In this document: positions 57,856 through 64,000 of the stretch, in pieces
Layout of the letters: each line of letters opens with the position of its first letter
Numbering within the stretch: the stretch's first letter is position 1
Assembly (NCBI GenBank): GCA_041577335.1
Contig: JBFGJH010000012.1
Location: forward strand, 1 to 64,000
Origin: Acidimicrobiia bacterium
GTDB taxonomy: Bacteria; Actinomycetota; Acidimicrobiia; Spongiisociales; JAENVV01
DNA length: 64,000 bases
Reading direction: 5' to 3'
Translations under genes and position numbers: made by a program
Notes under the pieces: generated by a model
What the model saw: only the letters and a program-made list of their open reading frames with translations
Told to the model about the DNA's origin: nothing
Databases searched by the model: none

Positions 57856-59301
57856 GTGACAGCTAACCAACCCGCCCGCGGTGACCGCTCGGGCTTCGTC
57901 GGGTACACCGTCGTTGTGTTCGTGATACTCGCGTCCTTGGACAACGCGGCACTGGCCGTTCTTCCCAGCATGCTCATACCGGTCTCTGATGCTTTTGGGG
58001 TCCAGCCGGCGGCTCTCGGTTGGGTAACCGCGGCTGTCATATTCATCACGGCCGTTACCGCCGTCGGGTGGGGGTTCTGGGGCGACCGCGGAAACCGGAA
58101 ACACTTGCTGGTTGCCGGAACCGTGATCTGGGCGACATGCTCGTGGGCTACCGCAGGCGCCGGCAGCCTTCTGGCGTTGGCGATATGGCAGATGCTGATG
58201 GCGGTCGGCCTGGGGACGATTGCATCGGTGGGCTTTTCCGTCATCAGCGACTTCATCGCTCCGGCGAGGCGCGGGTTGGCGATGAGCTTCTGGGGGATCT
58301 CGCAAGGTGCCGGGACTCTGGCCGGCGGCCTCATGGCTAGTCAGCTCGGAGCCGTCGACTGGCAAACACCGTTTCGGTTGATCGGCATCGTTGGCCTGGT
58401 GTTCGCGGGTGTCTATGCGACGACCTTGAACCCTCGCCGGGGACGAGCCGAACCCGAGCTGGCGGGGGTCGAATACGACGAAGTCATCAGTGCTGCCGAT
58501 ATTCCGCAAATCTTCCGCCGGCGCACCAACGTCTGGCTGATCGTCCAGGGCGTCACCGCCCAGTTGGCGTACGGCAGCCTGATCTGGGTGCCTCTGTTGT
58601 ACCAGGCCAAGGTCCTCGAACAGGGCTACGACTCGGTGACAGCCACCCGGGTGGGTGGGATCTACGCCGCCATGTTCCAGGTGGCAGCCGTGTCGTCGAT
58701 CGCCGCCGGCTGGCTCGGTGATCGATGGCAGCGGCGCGACCTCCGAGGGCGGGCATTCCTGAGCATGATCGGAGTTCTGGGAGCCATTCCCTTCTTCCTG
58801 GCGTTCTTCTTCGTGCCGCTCAACGGGCTCGATGTCGAGCAAGGAGCGTCCAGCTGGAATCTCGCCCTCCAATCGGTCGGCAACCTCGCGTCGGCACCGC
58901 TCGTCGGCCTCGCTTTCAGCCTGGCGGTTGTCGCGGCGATCCTGACTTCAGCCGACTCACCCAACTGGTTTGCGCTCATTTCCGATGTGAATCTGCCCGA
59001 GCATCGCGGGACGGTGTTCGGCCTGGGCAACTTCGCCAACGGCATGGGCCGCTTTGCCGGCAACTGGCTGACCGGGATCACTGCTGTCTCATTGATCACG
59101 GCGTTTGCCGCTCCCCTGAACTACGCGGTTGCGCTGGCGGTTTTCCAGGCGGGGTTTCTCCCGACGGGCTATGCGTATTGGAAGGCGAGCACCGTCTGCG
59201 TAATGGACATCGAATCGGTTCGGTCGACATTGCGAGAACGGGCACGCCGACTCGGTCGTTCGCCGGCGCCCCCGTCGCCGGAGCCCGATGAAGGGAGCTA
59301 G
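57856..59301 (+). CDS. MFS transporter
   Basis: About 12 TMs, G..GDR.NRK, ISD...RRG, PEHRG.VF. Confidence 0.88.
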   Translation: MTANQPARGDRSGFVGYTVVVFVILASLDNAALAVLPSMLIPVSDAFGVQPAALGWVTAAVIFITAVTAVGWGFWGDRGNRKHLLVAGTVIWATCSWATAGAGSLLALAIWQMLMAVGLGTIASVGFSVISDFIAPARRGLAMSFWGISQGAGTLAGGLMASQLGAVDWQTPFRLIGIVGLVFAGVYATTLNPRRGRAEPELAGVEYDEVISAADIPQIFRRRTNVWLIVQGVTAQLAYGSLIWVPLLYQAKVLEQGYDSVTATRVGGIYAAMFQVAAVSSIAAGWLGDRWQRRDLRGRAFLSMIGVLGAIPFFLAFFFVPLNGLDVEQGASSWNLALQSVGNLASAPLVGLAFSLAVVAAILTSADSPNWFALISDVNLPEHRGTVFGLGNFANGMGRFAGNWLTGITAVSLITAFAAPLNYAVALAVFQAGFLPTGYAYWKASTVCVMDIESVRSTLRERARRLGRSPAPPSPEPDEGS

Positions 59302-59783
59302 TCCCGGAAATTGACGTACTGGAGGGGCAGCCGAAAGTCGAGCTCCTTGAGGTGCGCGATGGCGGCCTGCAAATCGTCGCGCTTCTTGCCCTGGATGCGG
59401 AGCTGGTCGCCCTGAATCTGTACTTGCACCTTGAGCTTGGTGTCTCGGAGCGATTTCGAGAGCTCTTTGGCGGCGTCCTGGGGGATCCCGGCGTTGAGCG
59501 AGAACGCCGCTCGTGATCGAGCTCCCGCAGCGGGTTTGATCTCTCCGCCGCTGATGGCTTTCAAGGAGATCTTGCGCTTGACGAGCTTGTCCTTGAGGAC
59601 GTCGATGGCTGCCTCGGTTCGACCGTCCGAGGCGGACTCGACCGTGATGGAGTCGTCGGTGAGCTGGATCTCGGTGTCGGTGCCGCGGAAGTCGTAGCGG
59701 GTGGTCGTTTCTCGGCGCGCCTGATCGACCGCGTTTCGAACTTCCTGCATGTCGAGCTCCGAGACAACGTCAAAGGTAGGCAT
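59298..59783 (-). CDS. yajQ: YajQ family nucleotide/c-di-GMP-binding protein
   Basis: MPTFDVVS, RYDF.G, KVQ.QIQGD..R..GKKRDDLQ, LQ..NFRD. Confidence 0.95.
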   Translation of the reverse strand: MPTFDVVSELDMQEVRNAVDQARRETTTRYDFRGTDTEIQLTDDSITVESASDGRTEAAIDVLKDKLVKRKISLKAISGGEIKPAAGARSRAAFSLNAGIPQDAAKELSKSLRDTKLKVQVQIQGDQLRIQGKKRDDLQAAIAHLKELDFRLPLQYVNFRD

Positions 59784-59795
59784 GCGGCAACGGTA

Positions 59796-60257
59796 TCAGA
59801 GGTAGACCCCACTTTGGTACTCGCCCTCGCCCTCGCCACGCTCGAGTTGGCGGGTGCGGACCTCGGCGAGCTGCGCTTGCGCAGCCAGCTGTTGGGACAT
59901 GAGGCTGGCCTGGATTCCGTGGAACAGGCCTTCGAGCCATCCCACCAGCTGAGCCTGGGCGATCCTCAGCTCGGATTCGGTGGGCGCATCGGAAGTCAGC
60001 GGCTGGAAGATCTCCTGGAACTCGTCCCGGAGATCCTCGGACAGCACGCCGGCGAGCTCGGCCAGCGATCGCTCGTGAACCTCCAGGAGGCGCCGGCGCC
60101 CGGCCTCGTCGAGAGGCGCCTGGCGCACCTCATCGAGCATCGCTCGAGTCATGGAGGCAATCCGAATGATCTTGGTCGGTTCGGACACGGCGGGCTCGTC
60201 GCCGGAATCGGCAACCGGGGCGGGGCGCAACGGCTCGGCCGGTTCTTCCTCTTGCAT
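59796..60257 (-). CDS. bpa: Bacterial proteasome activator
   Basis: P.K..RI.SM...L.EVR.APLD, ELRIAQAQLVGWLEGLFHGIQ, C-terminal GVYL (HbYX). Confidence 0.93.
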   Translation of the reverse strand: MQEEEPAEPLRPAPVADSGDEPAVSEPTKIIRIASMTRAMLDEVRQAPLDEAGRRRLLEVHERSLAELAGVLSEDLRDEFQEIFQPLTSDAPTESELRIAQAQLVGWLEGLFHGIQASLMSQQLAAQAQLAEVRTRQLERGEGEGEYQSGVYL

Positions 60258-60286
60258 GGAGGGGAGGTTAGCTCACGCCGAATTGA

Positions 60287-61039
60287 TCACCGCCGAGCGG
60301 CTCGCTGAAGCTTCTCGGCGAGCAGCCGCAAGAGGAACTCCTCGTCGCTGCCGGGTCGGTCGGTGATCATCACCTTGGGATACAGATGCCGAGCCAGTTT
60401 GGCTGCCAGCCGTTGGCGGGCGCTTTCAGTCATGTCGGGCCGGCGTTCGAAGTAGCGGCGGACGACGGTGACCTCATCGTCGCTCACCCGCGTCACGTCC
60501 CAGGGCGTCTCCATGGGAAGCCGAACGCCGCTGAGGTAGGAAAGGGTCCCCGTCATCTCCTTGTCGCGTACAACGATGGTTCCCGCCGCCACGTCACCAA
60601 CACGCTGATTGAGCTCTGTCGAGCCGATGGCGACCAGGCCGACGCCGTAGAGGAGCGGGAGGAAGTCAACCAGGCGGAAGACGTTGCGGGTGAGGGCCGC
60701 GCCCCAGCCAACCGGCTGCCCGGTGAGCGTGAGTGTCCGAAGGCCGACCGCACTTTTGCCCGGCGTCTGGCCCGACCGCCACACCTCGAACGCGGCTGGG
60801 GCCACCAAAACGAGGGCGAGCAGTTCCGTGATTGCGAGAGAAACAGCCAAGAAGTCGGAGACACCCAGCAGCGCTGCGCTGAGGACGAGAAAGGAGAGGA
60901 ACCAGACGCCGAGGATGATGGTCAGGTCGATGGCGCCTGCCATCGAGCGTGAGGCCAGCCCCGCTAGCGTGAGCTCGATCGCAACCCCTTCCGGTGTCGC
61001 GATCCGGATTCGATCCTCAACCGATGGGGACAACCGCAC
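60287..61039 (-). CDS. RDD family membrane protein
   Basis: TPEGV...AG..SR..A..ID, GQTPGK, RN..R.VD, QR.GD.AAGT.V. Confidence 0.9.
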   Translation of the reverse strand: MRLSPSVEDRIRIATPEGVAIELTLAGLASRSMAGAIDLTIILGVWFLSFLVLSAALLGVSDFLAVSLAITELLALVLVAPAAFEVWRSGQTPGKSAVGLRTLTLTGQPVGWGAALTRNVFRLVDFLPLLYGVGLVAIGSTELNQRVGDVAAGTIVVRDKEMTGTLSYLSGVRLPMETPWDVTRVSDDEVTVVRRYFERRPDMTESARQRLAAKLARHLYPKVMITDRPGSDEEFLLRLLAEKLQRAARR

Positions 61040-61041
61040 AG

Positions 61042-62052
61042 ATGAACCTTAAACGATTCGAAGACGAGCGCAGAGGAGACTGGGAGGCTCTCGAGCGGTT
61101 GGCGTCGATTTCCGACCCGGCCCGGCTGGGTCCCTCCGGAGTTCGCCGTCGGGCGCGCCTCTACCGGAGCGCCGCTGCCGACCTGGCCTACGCTCGCAAT
61201 CACTACCCGCACGATGCGGTCGTCGATGAGCTGGAGCGGGTTGTTTCGATGGCGCGAACCGCCGTGTATGACTCGACAACCGAACGTCCGGGAACGGTTC
61301 GGGAATACCTCTGGACCGGCTACTGGCAGGACCTGTGGGCTCGTCGCCGGATCCTGGTGGTCACAGCTCTGTTCTTCTTCGGCTCGGTGGCGTTCGGGGC
61401 ATTTCTCGCTCAGACGAATCCGGACGGAGCCACCGTTCTGGTTCCGGAGGATTTCCTGTGGATCACCGAGGCGCCAACCACTGATCAGGAACTGGGCGCC
61501 CTCGATCTCGCCGGCTTCTCTTTGTTCATTCTGACGAACAACATCCGGGTCACGGTGTTTTCCTTCGTGCTCGGCGTCTCGTTCGGAGTGCTCACCGCCG
61601 CTCTCCTCGCCTATAACGGGGTTGTCTTCGGTGCGATCGGAGCGCTGGCCGTCTCTGCCGGCAACGGCGAGGTGGCATGGGAGGCGGTGGTCGGGCACGG
61701 GATGCTCGAGCTGTCGTGCATCGTGGTTGGATCGACGGCGGGGGCCAGCCTCGGTTGGCGGATGCTCAATCGAGGGCACTATCGGCTGGGCGAGGCGCTA
61801 CGTGTCGAAGGCTCGACGGCCTTCAAATTGGCACTGGGCACGGCCCCGTGGCTGGTGGTAGCCGGCCTGCTCGAGGGGTTTCTCTCCCGGACCGGAACGG
61901 ACTGGGTGCCGGCCACGATCGTCGGGGTCATCGCCGCGGCGGCGTATTGGGGCATGTTTGTGTGGCGGGGTCGCATCCCACCGGAAAGCAGCGTCATCGA
62001 TCGACGTCAGATCACCAGGCCGGTCAAAGTCGAGCCGACGACTTCGCGGTGA
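61042..62052 (+). CDS. SpoIIM (DUF95) family membrane protein
   Basis: W..LE, LYR....DLA.AR, I.TNNI.V, HG.LEL, AG..EG. Confidence 0.9.
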   Translation: MNLKRFEDERRGDWEALERLASISDPARLGPSGVRRRARLYRSAAADLAYARNHYPHDAVVDELERVVSMARTAVYDSTTERPGTVREYLWTGYWQDLWARRRILVVTALFFFGSVAFGAFLAQTNPDGATVLVPEDFLWITEAPTTDQELGALDLAGFSLFILTNNIRVTVFSFVLGVSFGVLTAALLAYNGVVFGAIGALAVSAGNGEVAWEAVVGHGMLELSCIVVGSTAGASLGWRMLNRGHYRLGEALRVEGSTAFKLALGTAPWLVVAGLLEGFLSRTGTDWVPATIVGVIAAAAYWGMFVWRGRIPPESSVIDRRQITRPVKVEPTTSR

Positions 62053-63267
62053 GATAGGCGTTGACGCAGCGAGCGCTGAAATGGTGATGATGGGCATCGA
62101 TGACCGCGGCCCCCGCGTGGCGCAACCGCTGCTTGACGAGCGCCCGCTCTTGGCGCACTTCCAAAGCAACTGCCGCACGGTATGTGTCGGCGGCGATGCG
62201 TGGCATGGTCGCCAGCACCTCGTCGACTCCCGTATCGGTGATGCTGGCCACCACCACGGCATGTCGGCGGACGAGCAGCGGCACCCCCGCAATGAGCGAC
62301 CGCGCCGCGGCGAGATCGACGAGGTCCGTGAGGACCAACACGAAAGCCCGCTTCGATGATCCCACCTCGGAAAAAGCCGCGTCGTAGTTGCTGTCATGCT
62401 CCGATGGCTCCAGGTCGAAGATCGCTCGCACGACGGCGTCTCCGCCGCCCCGCGACGGGCGCACGTTCCTCAGGATGGCTCTGTCGAAAGCGACCACGCC
62501 TGCCCGATCGCCGACTTCGTCGGCGACGAGCGCAACCGCCGTCGCTGCGTCGACGGCCGCATCCAAACGTGTGGCATTGCCCAGCGGTGCGGCCATCAGA
62601 CGGCCGGCGTCGATGACGACGATCACTTCACGGTCCTGATCCACCCGAAACTGATTGCTCATCGGACGGCCCGTGCGGGCCGTTGCTCGCCAGTTCACCT
62701 GGCGAATGTCGTCGTCCGGTTGGTAGTCCCGTATCGATTCGAACTCCGTGCCCAACCCTATGCGACCCTGCGCGCGGCTCCCGTCGTCGGATGTTCGTCC
62801 GGTACGCACCGACATCACCAGCCGGTAGGCCGCCGGCATGTCGGGATAGACCACGACCGACCTGTCGGCGCCGACGCGGTGGCGCGTGGACGCCAGGCCG
62901 AGGAGGCCGGTGCGCCGTACAGCTGGGCTCGGCAGGATGTGGTGTCCCCTGCGCAGCGCAGTGACCGATGTCCTGAGCGTCCCGAGACGTGCCTCTTGGG
63001 TCTCGAGTCGGAGATCGGGCACACTTGGTTGGTAGAGCTCGACGGTGCCGGGGAGCGAGTCGAGGGCGAGCTCGAGGTCAGCAGGCACGCCCCGCGAAAG
63101 AAGCTTGGGAACCCGCTGCACCACTGCGGGCATCTCGCGCACGCTCCACCCGTCGACGGCGGCCGCGACCAAAACAGAGAGAAACAAGACCAGCGGCCAC
63201 GGGGCCGGCACGACCAGCGCCGTTGCCGCGGCCAGCGCCAGCAGCACAGCCGTGCGGAGGGTGGGGA

Positions 63268-63271
<4 letters not shown>
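62024..63271 (-). CDS. DUF58 / vWA-like protein
   Basis: GTEFESIRDYQPDDDIRQVNWRATAR, D.GRLM, LTD. Confidence 0.92.

Positions 63272-64000
<729 letters not shown>

Overview
GC-rich actinobacterial chromosome segment, most likely Acidimicrobiia (inference from Bpa, a DtxR-family regulator, F420-type LLMs, a DUF222-HNH gene and pervasive leaderless promoters). It is densely coding with about 60 genes. In order: tRNA-Arg(CCT) followed by a duplicated hairpin unit; a DUF222-HNH gene with a perfect LexA box; an ~870-aa WXG100-like orphan; a DtxR-like regulator and Fe(III) ABC transporter; a ~19-kb catabolic island (Opp-type ABC transporter whose ATPase carries a DnaJ-like Cys8 insertion, creatininase, cupin, Gfo, LLM, DHPON-like hydrolase, ACMSD-like amidohydrolase, LVIVD propeller, OsmC, lone Mo-hydroxylase large subunit, phytoene-dehydrogenase-like oxidoreductase) with three copies of a LacI-like operator; NYN-LOTUS; divergent ProA; TetR/AhpD/glutaredoxin; acyl-CoA enzymes; an ECF sigma/short ZAS/MscS/LapA module with three GAGAAC-N17-GTC promoters; pntAB; a secreted spondin; hppD/Lrp; yajQ, bpa; and RDD/SpoIIM/DUF58/MoxR. 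The best candidates for undescribed systems are the ECF-mechanosensitive-channel module and the LacI-operator catabolic island with its zinc-finger ABC ATPase. No CRISPR array, integrase, transposase or rRNA was seen. All family calls come from motif recognition by eye; no database searches were run.
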